From assembly GCF_006345805.1 (NCBI RefSeq), contig NC_043009.1, positions 54,684,001 through 54,748,000 on the forward strand: a DNA stretch of 64,000 bases, written 5' to 3'. Made by a program: the position numbers and the translations under genes. This document shows positions 9,766 to 21,900 of the stretch, in pieces; position 1 is the stretch's first letter; each line of letters opens with the position of its first letter. Source of the DNA: Octopus sinensis. Its lineage: Eukaryota. Below the pieces are notes generated by a model. It saw only the letters and a list, made by a program, of their open reading frames with translations. It did no database searches and was not told the DNA's origin.

Positions 9766-11405
9766 CGCAAGATTACTTCAGGCTGCATTCCAATCACGGG
9801 CAACCTGCGGCCCGTGGACTCTCTGAAATATTAATATTAATATTACATTCAATTTTCTCAATAGTGCGGCTCTCCCGATAATGATTCATGTCTCATGCGA
9901 CCCGCTTCTCCTAAAAGGTTGTCTTTAGGAAAACAGAAATAAATACTGTAATTTGATGGCATATTAGATGCACTTTTTTGTCAAAAATAAATCTGGGTCC
10001 TATATGCCAAGTTACTTTAAATATTTACATGTTTTTATGACTAAAAAAAAATTTTTTATTAAATATGCGCTGTTGAAATTTTTAGGCCATGGAAAAAACG
10101 TATATATTTATGAAAAAAAAATTATCTATAGAAGTAAACAGAAAGAAAATGTGAAATAAATAAATCAAATTCAATTAAAAATATCAGCAAATATGAGATA
10201 TACGTACGAAACTTTTTATGTTTTACAACTCCCAATTTCCAGAAATATACATTAAAACATTTTCCTCTTTTAAAAATCGAAACTTCAAAAAATGAAGCGA
10301 ATGTTTTCTTCTACTTATGTCCCAGGCATCTAATTAGAAACAGAACATTATAAAAGAGGGGTTGCAGGTTTGAATTTAAACAGTATAATTAATTAGCAGG
10401 AAGATATTTAAAAGCGTGGGTAACAGGTTCGATATTAGCTTGCGTAAAAAAAAAAAAAAATGGCATACCTACGCGTATGTACCTCACCACGAATTTACTT
10501 CCTGATAACTCCCAGGAAAGTTTATATTTCTTAATGAAATTTTCTGGAAATATCTTTCAGATGGTGTAGAGTTCATTTGTATTGTAATTTGTGGTGAAAA
10601 ATGTTTTCGGGGCGCGGGAAAGGAGTTTCGGGCAATTCACACGAATTGACTTTATTTCCTCATAACTTTCAGAAAAAAGGGTATTTTTTATTGAAATTTT
10701 CTACATATACCTTTCAGATGTTGTAGATTATGATTAAATCAGAATTTAATGTAATAAAAAAGAAATCATCCATATTGAAGCACATCACATATATCTACAA
10801 AATAAAACTTGCAATTATGGAAAAATTATGTGATATGTCAGTGTGTGTGTGTGTGTGCCAGCACGCATGTGTGCCCAGTAATTATTCTTTTTACATTAAA
10901 TTCCAATATAGATTAATATAAATTCCAATGGGGACAAAAACACAAAACGAATGAGAAAATGAGAAAAATGTTAAATAAAAAGGAAAAAAATGACAAATGA
11001 AATGGCCGCATGAGCCCCACTCTCATGTAATACCATTTGAACGTATTTACTTGTAGTTTATCTTTTTTTTACCGTTTTTTTTTAACAATTTTATTATTTT
11101 TTGAATAAATTATGAATGGCTCTAGATCTCTTAATTCCACTACTGACGGCAGTTCGTCAAACTCCACCTCAAATCCCGGCGGATCAATGTTACACATTTC
11201 CTTCAACCTATTGTATCTGTCTTTATCAATTACAATGATTTTCACATTTTCTTCATATGTATCTGCAGACAACTTAACCCTTTCAACAGTTTCAAACTTC
11301 ATTTTCATTCTTTCAGTTGCCATGCTCTTAGCATATGTAACGAAATTCCATCTGTATTTTCCAATATAATCATACTTTACACCACCTGAAAAGTTTTTGT
11401 AGAAA

Positions 11406-11895
11406 ATTTCACCAAAAATTACATGTTTCTAAAAGCTATGAAGAAACAAATTAAACTCGTGTCAATTATCTGAAACGCCTCCCACCTCCAAAAAATTCTA
11501 TTTTTCCTGCAAATTCTTATACTATCAGAATAGACACAATCTGAAGGACATTTGCAGAAAATTCCATTTAAAAATATCAAATTTTCTTACAGTTACAAGG
11601 AAACAAATTTAGAGGGGTACATTTGTGCAGATATGCCAAAAAAAGAGAATTATTGATACTATTTGACAATATCTAGACAGCTATATCGAATCCAACACCA
11701 CATTTACAACATTTTTTTTTCTTTTTCAAATGTTTTATGATTCCTACTTTCAACAATAAAGTTCTGCAAAAAACATAGTTTTTCAAATTTTTGAAATGTT
11801 TCATTTGTTCTTCACCCACCCAAATTTTTAGCTGCAACATTTTTGAAAATATTTTTTGGAATTTTACATTTAGAAATATGGAGATTGATGATTAC
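11406..11895 (+). repeat. ~480-bp repeat, inverted partner at 16250-16725
   Basis: Direct reading shows co-linear reverse-complement similarity along the whole length. Confidence 0.85.
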
Positions 11896-12109
11896 AATTT
11901 TGAAAAGAAGACTTTTTCAGAATTTCAACTTTCTAATGCCAATTGCTTACAGTAATTTTCCACTTTCATTTTGATGTTCTGTTCAGGGAAAATGCTGGCT
12001 TGCCCACCTAGCCAATATGGTGGCATCATTCAAAAGTTACCACAATGTGAGGAAGTGCATTGTGACCAGTGGTGTATAACAACATACTTTCAACAGTCTG
12101 GTTAATACA

Positions 12110-12140
<31 letters not shown>

Positions 12141-12429
12141 TGCTGACAAGGAGAAAATTCTTATGAATTAACTCTGAAATTGGGACCAATGCAGTAATAA
12201 CGGATTTTTTAGAAATTTCTATCGGCTTGTTTAAAGACGCATTAATTATAATGGTTATTGACAATTTTGTCTTTTTTTCGGCATATTTGGTATTAGAATT
12301 TTTCTTTTGCCCTTATTTTATAAGTTATTTATAAATTTAACCGTTAAAGGTATTTTTTGATATGCTGGCCATTGATAAAATTTTTTTCGAAAAAGAATTT
12401 TATTCTACATTAGTTATATATATATTGGA

Positions 12430-12830
12430 ACACATGGAAGTGGAAGACCCAGGAAGACAAGATGTAGTACTGAAGAAGAACTTCAGGATGCTAAACCTAT
12501 CAGGTGAGATGACAAAAGGCCCAAGATATCTGGCACCTTGTTGTACTCAAGAAGACCTATACTCTGCAGCAGAAATGTTAAGACTGGTCCCTCTGATGGT
12601 GTAAAGCACTTGTGGCAGTGCAACCCATGTGGTGTTACGTAAAAGGCACCCTTGCAGTGCTATGTAAAAGCACCCAGCACCTTCTGTAAAGTTGTTGGTG
12701 TTAGGAAGGACATCCATCTGTAGAAATCAAGCCAAATGAGACTGGAGTCTGGTGCAGCTTGCCAGCTCTGGTCAAATTGTCCAACCCATGCTAACATAGA
12801 CAATAGAGGTTAAATGATAATGATGACGAT
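12430..12830 (+). mobile_element. RTE-type LINE 3' remnant followed by an (ATG)n-tailed SINE
   Basis: GGAAGACCCAGGAAGACA...GAAGACC resembles an RTE 3' end. The tail matches SINE family C. Confidence 0.45.
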
Positions 12831-12879
12831 ATATGTATATATGTGTATGTGTGTATGTATGTATGTATGAATGTATCTA

Positions 12880-12944
<65 letters not shown>

Positions 12945-13066
12945 TTAATAAGGGTGAGAGAATTAGATACTAATTTAATAGCATATCTATTCAACACCAA
13001 GTGGCCCAGTGCCTCGAGAAACCTGGATTATTATAATATTTTATAATATATTATAATATTTTATAC

Positions 13067-13582
13067 AAAAATAAATATAAGAGAATGGTCACTATGTGGC
13101 TCATTCTAGCACTAGAAAATCCAAAAGGTTTCAACCACAAAAATACATGTTTCCTATGAAAGTCAGTACGATTGTTAGCTCACACGAACAGGGCAAATAA
13201 AAAATAACAAAAATACAGATTATTTTGGGACAATTGTTTCGCTAGTTTGGCGCGCTGTTGGTAAGGGCATTTGAATTATAACGTTGGATGTAATCAATTG
13301 AACCACACGTGTATTTATCGTTATGGTAAAATCTGGCGTGTGATTGAGTGGATTTCATCCAGATAGTGGGTTTTTTGTAAGTAAAATTACATTTAATTCA
13401 TTAATAGCGAAACAATTGTCCCAAAATAATCTGTATTTTTGTTATTTTTTATTTGCCCTGTTCGTGTGAGCTAACAATCGTACTGACTTTCATAGGAAAC
13501 ATGTATTTTTGTGGTTGAAACCTTTTGGATTTTCTAGTGCTAGAATGAGTCACATAGTGACCATTCTCTTATATTTATTTTT
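13067..13582. mobile_element. Foldback/MITE with 178-bp TIRs
   Basis: Arms 13067-13244 and 13405-13582 are reverse complements; I saw one mismatch. 160-bp spacer, TA-rich flanks. Confidence 0.85.
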
Positions 13583-13590
13583 ATATATAT

Positions 13591-13736
13591 ATACTTAATA
13601 ATTAGGGTTCAGCAAAGATTTACTTCACCACATACCGAAGTTTAGAAATAGCAGCCAAAAAACGTTTTTTGGCTGCTCTTTCTAAACTTCGGTATGTGGT
13701 AAAGCAAATCTTTACTGAACCCTAATTATTAAGTAT
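13591..13736. repeat. 146-bp near-perfect palindrome with no loop
   Basis: Centre at 13663/13664 (AAAAAAC|GTTTTTT), 4 mismatches between arms. Confidence 0.9.
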
Positions 13737-13834
13737 TACCTAAGTTTACCATGAATTGGTCCTTTTTTCATGCCGAATTCTACTTGGTGAAATTATTGAT
13801 TACTTCTTAATTAATTAATTTTACCCTTTGTTAT

Positions 13835-13874
<40 letters not shown>

Positions 13875-13982
13875 CCATGTCAGGTTATATATATATCTAT
13901 ATATATAAGGCATGATAGAGGCACTGGTTGAACCAAACTTGGACATAAGTGGTACCAACAACAATGACAATATATATATAGA

Positions 13983-14014
<32 letters not shown>

Positions 14015-14819
14015 CTAGCAGCATAGCCCGGCGTTGCCCGGGTATGTAAGAGCCCTAGAAGGCAACGACTAATCCCAATCTAGTCCTTTCCCTCTAGGGG
14101 ACGAAGGCGCATGTGTAGGTTGCAATGTCTTCTCTTCACTCCCAAATAACTATCAAACAGCTATCGATAATTCAACCCAACCAATTCCTACCAGGAAGAA
14201 ATTACATTCAAGACTTTACCCCCAACACCGCCACTTCTGCTAATAGCTGCTGCAGCCGCAAGTTATTCGAATACTTTTTTTGTTTACACTTTCTTTATAA
14301 CTACCACCCCAAACGTTTTACCTTAAATTTTTGACATACCCTAAGGGTCCTCGGACGCTACTTGCAAACTTTTGGTTTATTATAAACCGCTTTTGTCGTG
14401 TGCATCAAAAAACCCTTTCCATTTGTTTGTTCAGTTTGGTCACTTTTGACTTTTTCGTTGTTGTCATTCACATTGCTGCACGCTTTTTTGCCATTTTTGT
14501 ACATTTTTATACATTTTGGGATACTTATCCCACGTGTTTCGAGAGTTAAAAAGGTCGAGTTGCGTCCCCTAGACAGTCTGTAGAAAATGTGTTGCATATA
14601 AAAAGCTTAGATTCTCAACCCATGTCGAATTTATTGATTTTTTTCAGAACTGGGGGAACTTTTCAAAATTTTCGCTGTGTTAGTTTTGAATTATGACATT
14701 GGGCTATGTGTGTGTCAAGTTTCATTAGAATCGGTTGAAAGCAGTGGTCAGGGTGAGGGTACAACCTGACAGACATACAGACACACAGACAGACAAACTG
14801 CCGTTTATATATAGAGAGA
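14015..14819 (-). mobile_element. Non-autonomous Helitron, family 2
   Basis: On the minus strand: TC start (TCTCTCTATATATAAAC), 3' hairpin CCCGGGCAACGCCGGG followed by CTAG. Confidence 0.75.
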
Positions 14820-15117
14820 TATATTGATAGAAATGGTAAGACAACAAAAGAATGAAAGAGACCTTGATATTATATAAATAAAGGAATTTATCTGTAAATA
14901 TAATATGTGACAATCATTCGGTAGCCATGATAAAACTCTGAGTTTCAGAGGTCGGGGCAGAAGCCCACGCCGCCATCTCATCGGAAAAAATGCTATGAAA
15001 ATCCTGTCAAGATGTCAGTGGGTCATCCCGAGTTGAGCGAAAGCCCACCCCGTGGGATTGGTCACGGTCGGGACTGCCCTCGGGTATGAGCTGACCAACA
15101 TATATATATATATATAT

Positions 15118-15149
<32 letters not shown>

Positions 15150-15494
15150 ATATATATTTATTTATATATATATATTGGGTATGACTTGGTGGCGGAAAAA
15201 TAATTTGTGTTCAGTGTGATGATGAGGAATACAAAGTAACCACAATACACACACACACACACAATAGAGTTCCTCCACTTCAATTTTAACAAAAGACAAT
15301 GTAATGACACTTCACTATTAAAATAGCACAACGGATGGCACTTCACTATAACTATAACACACATGACCACCCTCTTACTGCTATGACAGTATACATAATA
15401 ACACTTCAGTGTTACAATAAGTACCATTATATGTACTGTTGTTAAAATGAAGAGTCATATGTGCCATTATATTTGTACGTTCGTATTTGTCACA

Positions 15495-15719
15495 TATGAA
15501 GGGGTGCTGAACAGTTCCAGGTTTTTCCTGGGTAAAAGAAAAGACAAGAGGATCAGTTAATTATGATTTTGTTCAACAAATTCCCCTCTCAGATTCATAC
15601 ATTTATTGCAGCAGTCCTACAGTTTTTCTAAGCCCTGTAAAAGATCTTGGAAGGTTGGGCCTCCAACCAGGCTTTTTGTGATACCCTTAAAACCAGGAAC
15701 TTTTCAACACCCCCTCATA
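15495..15719. mobile_element. Tc1/mariner-derived MITE
   Basis: TA-flanked TIRs GAAGGGGTGCTGAACAGTTCC / GGAACTTTTCAACACCCCTC. A second copy at about 35225-35830 is interrupted by a SINE. Confidence 0.7.
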
Positions 15720-15889
15720 TGATCAACTAGCTGTATGCAATAGGTCTTTTCAGTCAAAACTGACACTGGACTACATAACAACTATGAATTTTGCACTAAA
15801 TTAATTTCACTCATGCTAGCTGGTATGGACAAAACGGATGTTAAAACAGCAATTTTTTTTTTATCATGGCTGTTGTTTAAGAATGTCAA

Positions 15890-16196
15890 GGTACATGGCC
15901 TAGTGGTTAGGGTGTTCAGCCCATAATCGCAAGGTCATGAGTTCAATTCGCAGGAACGTGTCATGTCCTTGAGCAAGACACTTTATTTCACATTGCTCCA
16001 GACCACTCAGCTGCCAAAAATGTTTAGTACCTGTATTTCAAAGGGCCAGCCTTGTCACACTGAATTCCCCTAAGAACTACATTAAGGATACATGTGTCTG
16101 TGGAATACTCAGCCACATGCACGTTAATTTCACAAGCGGGCTGTTCCATTGATCGGATCAACTGGAACCCTTGTCATCATAACTGATGGAGTGCCA
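15890..16196 (+). mobile_element. tRNA-headed SINE family E (other copies about 19070-19230 -, 21000-21312 -, 26730-27010 -, 53715-54036 -)
   Basis: A-box-like TGGCCTAGTGGTTAGG, B-box-like GAGTTCAATTC, shared CTTGAGCAAGACACTTTATTTCAC core. Confidence 0.7.
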
Positions 16197-16249
16197 TTTA
16201 TTAATAATTCACATAGAATATGTCAGTAAGTATATTTATGTGTGTCCAT

Positions 16250-16725
16250 GTAATCTTCAGTCTCCATATTTCTAAATGTAGAATTCCAAAAAATGTTGCA
16301 GCTAAAAATTTGAGTGGGTGAAGAACAAATCAAAAATTTGAAAAATTTGAAAAACTATGTTTTTTGCAGAACTTTGTTGTTGAAAGTAGGAATCATAAAA
16401 CATTTTAAAAAGAGAAAAATGTTGTAAATGTGGTGCTGGATTCGATATAGCTGTCTAGATATTGTCAAATAGTATCAATAATTCTCTTTTTTTTGGCATA
16501 TCTGCACAAGTGTACCCCTCTGAATTTGTTTCCTTGTAACTGTAAGAAAATCAGATATTTTTAATGGAATTTTCTGCAAATATCCTTCAGATTGTGTCTA
16601 TTCTGATTATACAGAAATTTGCAGGAAAAGTAGAATTTTTTGGAGGTTGGAGGAGTTTCAGATAATTGACATGAGTTTAATTTGTTTCTTCATAGCTTTT
16701 AGAAACGTGTAATTTTTTATGAAAT
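16250..16725 (-). repeat. ~480-bp repeat, inverted partner of 11406-11895
   Basis: Reverse complement of 11406-11895. Confidence 0.85.
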
Positions 16726-17211
16726 ATCTGTGTGTCCATGTGTGAATGTTTTCGTCTCCTTATCTTGACATTGCATGATAGTTGTAAATGAGTTTCACTG
16801 TCATGCGAGCAGTGTCATTGATTAAATAAATTTCACTCATTCTAGCTTGTATGGATAATACAGATGATAAGAGAGCAATGTTTTATCATGGCTGTTGTTT
16901 TGATAATTTACAACAGGACACTTCAGTATACATGAATGTATGTATATCTGCATGCATGTGTGTATCAGTTTGTGTATGTTTGTATCTCTTTGTCTTGGAC
17001 ATTGCACAATAGTTGTAAACGAATGTCACTGCCATACAAGCAGTGTCGTTGATTTCCAGTGTTCAGCAAGAACACATCTGGCCACAGGGAAATATTATCT
17101 CACTTGGAAACAGGTGAGGGTTGGCATCAGGAAGAGCATCTGGCTGTAAAAAAAATCCGCCTTAGTAAACTCCATCTGCCCCATGCAAACATGGAAAAGA
17201 GGACATTAAAT

Positions 17212-17242
<31 letters not shown>

Positions 17243-17380
17243 CTTCACTCAGACTTCCTAAAATTCAACATTCACGACAATTGCTATTTAGCTCTACAAG
17301 CCACATTGCAGCAGATTCAACACTAGTCTATTTGACATCAGACATTTTAATGTTTCTCTCATTCTCTTTCTCCCCACCTT

Positions 17381-17421
<41 letters not shown>

Positions 17422-17452
17422 TATATACTACTACTACTACTACTACTACTAC

Positions 17453-17477
<25 letters not shown>

Positions 17478-17483
<6 letters not shown>

Positions 17484-17720
17484 GCACCAACAGTAACCCT
17501 GTTAGTTTGAAATTATTCCTAAGAGAAAGCAGTTATTTCGTTTACTGTGTCATGGGTTTTTATTCTAAATCAAATGCGTAGTTGAACAACAGAATGTAGT
17601 GTGTGTACGTGGGGAAATAGAGAGAGATGGAGAGAGAGAGAGAGAGAGAGAGAGTAACTGTTTGGTCATTTTCCAGGTCAGTCCTTAATGAGTTTCCCAA
17701 TTTAGTAAACAATTCTCTCT
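17478..17720 (+). repeat. ~250-bp segment with an inverted copy at 50069-50321
   Basis: Near-identical reverse complement outside the internal (GA)n tract. Confidence 0.88.
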
Positions 17721-17722
17721 TT

Positions 17723-17761
<39 letters not shown>

Positions 17762-17970
17762 TTTGTATGTGTACATTTCTGTAAGCACAAGCAAGTATGT
17801 ACGTATGTTTGCCTCTAGTGCCAAAAAAAGTAACTAAAAGTAACTAAAAGAGGCTCAATGTCCATTCAACCATGCCAAATAACCAGCATGCGAAACAGTG
17901 GTGATCAATCATCTCATTCCTTATTCCAGAGGGCAGTAATTTAAAATAAGGACACAGACTACTGGAGAAT

Positions 17971-18200
17971 TCTTATTTCTCTATTGCCCATGAGGGGCTA
18001 AGCATAGAGGGGACAAACAAGGACAGACAAAGGGATTAAGTCGATTACATCGACCCCAATGCATAAATGGTACTTAATTTATCGACCCTGAATAGATGAA
18101 AGGCAAAGTCGACCTTGGTGGAATTTGAACTCAGAACGTAACGGCAGACAAAATACCGCTAAGCATTTCGCCCAGTGTGCTAACGTTTCTGCCAGCTCAC
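17971..18200 (-). mobile_element. SINE family B (Meta-domain-like; other copies about 19318-19650 +, 29111-29370 +, 43007-43190 -, 47785-47960 +, 51830-52046 +, 54241-54478 -, 60408-60637 -, 62035-62261 +)
   Basis: GAGCTGGCAGAAACGTTAGCAC head, GAGTTCAAATTCC B-box, GCCTTTCATCCTTTCGGGGTCGATAAATTAAGTACCAG core. The Meta-domain assignment is from recall. Confidence 0.8.
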
Positions 18201-18294
18201 TGGGGGAATTCTGTAGCCCACCTCCTATATAGTGTAGTTCCTATAGTGATATTGGTTCTATAATATGTACTCAGAACGCCAGCCTCGTCTGGTA

Positions 18295-18498
18295 CCTGTG
18301 TCGGTGGCACATAAAAAGCACCCACTACACTCACGGAGTGGTTGGCATTAGGAAGGGCATCCAGCTGTAGAAACACCGCCAGATCTGACTGGCCTGGTGC
18401 AGCTTTCGGGTTTCCCAGACCCCAGTTGAACCGTCCAACCCATGCTAGCATGGAAAGCGGATGTTAAACGATGATGATGATGATGATGATGATGATGT
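18295..18498 (+). mobile_element. SINE family C with an (ATG)n tail (others about 34278-34483 +, 58060-58283 -, 47290-47570 -, 28100-28300 -)
   Basis: Shared GGCATTAGGAAGGGCATCCAGCTGTAGAAAC...CCAACCCATGCTAGCATGGAAAGCGGAC...(GAT)n. Confidence 0.8.
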
Positions 18499-18559
18499 TG
18501 GTGATAGAAAGAGCATCCAACTATTGTAGCCATGCCAAAAGATGGTGTGTACCAATTAG

Positions 18560-18955
18560 ACACTAGACTCTACAAACTACAATGCAACGCCGCCGCCGTG
18601 GTGATCTCATTCTTGCTCACAACATCATAAGTGGAAAGTGTAACCTCTCAAAAAGAGCTGTTCTTCACTCCTGCTCCAGAGCATCAGCTGCGGGGTCACT
18701 GCGAAAAGCTCTATCTGCGACAATTTCATCTCAATCGAAGGAGAGGGCCTTTCTCCATCCAGGTTGTGGATCCATGGAATAAGCTGCTGGACGAGATAGT
18801 GAAGATGCCGACGACCGCTCGGTTCAAAGTCTCTCTTGACCAGAAATGGCCTGAACTCTTTGCATGAACACCCTCCCTGTACATAACTCTATGTCCCCCT
18901 ACATGGCCTTGCTTTTTGCTTTTTGAGCCAAAAAATTAACTTAACTTAACTTACC
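18560..18955 (+). mobile_element. CR1-type LINE 3' end (frameshifted ORF2 C-terminus)
   Basis: RRRRGDLILAHNII.G...FF....LRGH..KL....LN.RR..FS..VV..WNKL......FK..LD..W is the CR1 ORF2 tail. Ends in (TTAAC)n. Confidence 0.8.
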
Positions 18956-21900
18956 CACCAAAGCGGGTAGTAATTCCAAATGAGAAATTGATACAGAGTA
19001 GAGGATTCTTTTGGTTTTATTGTTTAATGCTGGTAGTATGATAAAAGGTACTGTGTCTGCATTCTTACACATAACTGGCATTCCGTCAGCTTTGATGACA
19101 AGGGTTCCAGTTGATCCGATCAATGGAACATCCTGCTCATGAAATTAGTGTGCATGTGGCTGAGTACTCCACAGACACATGTACCCTTAACATAGTTCTC
19201 AGGGAGATTCAGCATGACACAGAGTGATTTTTTTATTTCCCACAAGGGGACAACATAGTTAAGGGACAATACAATCTGATTGGGGTCAGATGGACGGATG
19301 GATATAACATAAAGGCAGCAAGCTGGCAGAAACGTTAGCACGCCGGGTGAAATGCTTAGTGGTATTTCGTCTGCCATTACGTTCTGAGTTCAAATTCCGC
19401 TGAGGTCGACTTTGCCTTTCATCTTTTCGGGGTCAATTAAATAAGTACCAGTTATGCACTGGGTTGATATAATCGACTTTATCTGTTTTTCTGTCCTTGT
19501 TTGTCCCCTCTATGTTTAGCCCCTTGTGGGCAATAAAGAAATAAGAATGGTCGTTTAAATAAGTACCAGTTACGCACTGGGGTTGATATAATCGACTTAA
19601 TCCGTTTGTCCCCTTTGTGTTTAGCCCCTTGGGGGCAGTAAAGAAATAGGATGGATATAACATAAAGATGACATTAAAAATTCACAAAAAATGATACTAA
19701 GGGTGACTTTGTCTTTCATCCTTTCAGGGTTGATAAAATAAGCAACGGTTGAGCACTGGGATCAATGTAATTGACTAGTCCCTTCTCCCAAAATTTCAGG
19801 CCTTGTATGTTTACAGGATTATTATCATTATTATATTAAGGCAGTGATTTGGTAGAATTATAAGCACACTAGAGAAAATGCTTAACAGCTTTCCTTCCAG
19901 CTCTTTTACATTCTGAGTTCAAATTCTTCCAAGGCCAGTTTTACCTTTCATCTTTTCAGAGTTGATGAATTGAAGTACCAGTTGAGCATTTGAGTTGAAG
20001 TAACTGGCTAACCTCCTTCCATTAAAATTGCTGGCTTTGTGCCAAACTTAGAAAGGATTATTATTATTATAAAGGTTGCAAGCTGGCAATCATTTGCATA
20101 TTAGATAAAATATTTAGTGGCAGTTCCAAGTTCATATCCTGCCAAGGTAGTGTTTTCCTTTCATCTTTTTGGGGCCATTAAAGTAAGCACAGTCAAACAC
20201 TTGGGTTGATGTAACTGATTTGTCCCTTCTCCTCAAAATTGCTAGCTTTGTGCCAGAAGCAGCAAAAAAAATTATTACTAGGCACAGGAATGGCTGTGTG
20301 GTAAGAAGCTTGCTTCCCAACCAGAGGGTTCCGGGTTCAGTTCCACTACATAACACCTCGGGCAAGTGTCTTCTACAACAGCCTTGGGCCGACCAAAGCC
20401 TTGTGAGAGGATTTAGTAGATGGAAACTGAAAGGAGCCCATCATGTATATATTTATGTGTGTGTCTTTGTTTGTCCCCAACCATCTCTTGACAACCGATG
20501 TTGGTGTGTTTATGTCCTCGAAAATTAACAGTTCAGCAAAAAAGACTGATAGAATAGGTACTAGGCTTACAAAGACTAAATTCTGAAGTTGATTTCTTTG
20601 ACAAAAGGTGGTGCTCCAGCATGGTAGCAGTCAAATGACTGAAACATATAAAAGAGCTTTATTATAAGTTATTGTTGTTGGCTTTGTCCCAAATTTTGAA
20701 AACATTATTATAAGTTACTGAGAGACCCATCGAACTCAAACCACCATGGAAGAAACAGACAGAATGACAATGATGATGATATACAGAATTCATCCTCCTT
20801 CTCATTATCATTCAACATTCATTTTACCACCCTGGCATGGGTTGAACAGTTTGACAAGAGCTGGTAAAGCGGGGGGGGGGGGGGGGGGCAGTGTTTATGC
20901 CAGGTTCCAATGTCTGTTCTGGCATGGTTTCTATGGCTGAATGCCCTTCTTAACACCAACCATTTTACAGATTGTTGAATATGCTGAGACCCCCTTTGGT
21001 CATGAATGACCATGGGATTGCACCTAGAAAGTTACCCTCCCAGACACAAGTCCAGGCAAGGTTGTTTATGGAAGACCAACAGTCGCCCATGCATATCAGC
21101 CTCCCCTCTCTACGCCACTGATGTTATCCAAAGGAAAGGCAAAGGCCAATACAGGTTGGCACTTGTGACGTCGCAACTCATTCCTACAACTGAGTGAACT
21201 GGAGCAACATGAAATAAAGTGTCTTGCTCAAGAACACAACATGTAGTCTTGTCCAGGATTCGAATTCACAACCTCATGATCGTAAGCTTGATGCTCTGAC
21301 CACTGAGCCATACTGCATGCTTTTTAAATAAGAACCTGTTGAGCACCGGGGTCAATGTAATTGACTGACCCCTTCTCCCAAAATTTCAGGCCTTCTACCA
21401 ACCCACTCCCCCACAAAAGCAATAAACAAATCATTTCTTTTATAGAAGCAATTTATTTCCAGACAATCATTACATTTTCAATGAAATCATTAATATTTCA
21501 TCATTAATACCATTATTATTGTCATAAAATATTGAACTAAATGAATATTTATTCTAAGGCACCAATTTATCACAAACATTTCAGATAAAACTGAAGTTTT
21601 CCATTATTAATATGAGGAAAACCTGGACACAGGTAGGGAGTAGCATATATATATCTTAATATTACTTTGTTTTTTTTTTTGATATTTTTTTTCTTTTGCT
21701 GTTTTACAATTAATTCTTGGTAATTATGTGGTCATTTCACCATTTAGATATATTTTGAAATATTCAAACTGTTTCTTCTAAACTCTCAGTTCTGCTCATC
21801 TTTTTCCTTTTTCATTGTTCCTTTCCTTTTTTTTTCGTTACAAATAATAATCGACGTTATTTGAGTCTTATACCACTGGAATATCCTCTTTCATCTGCTG

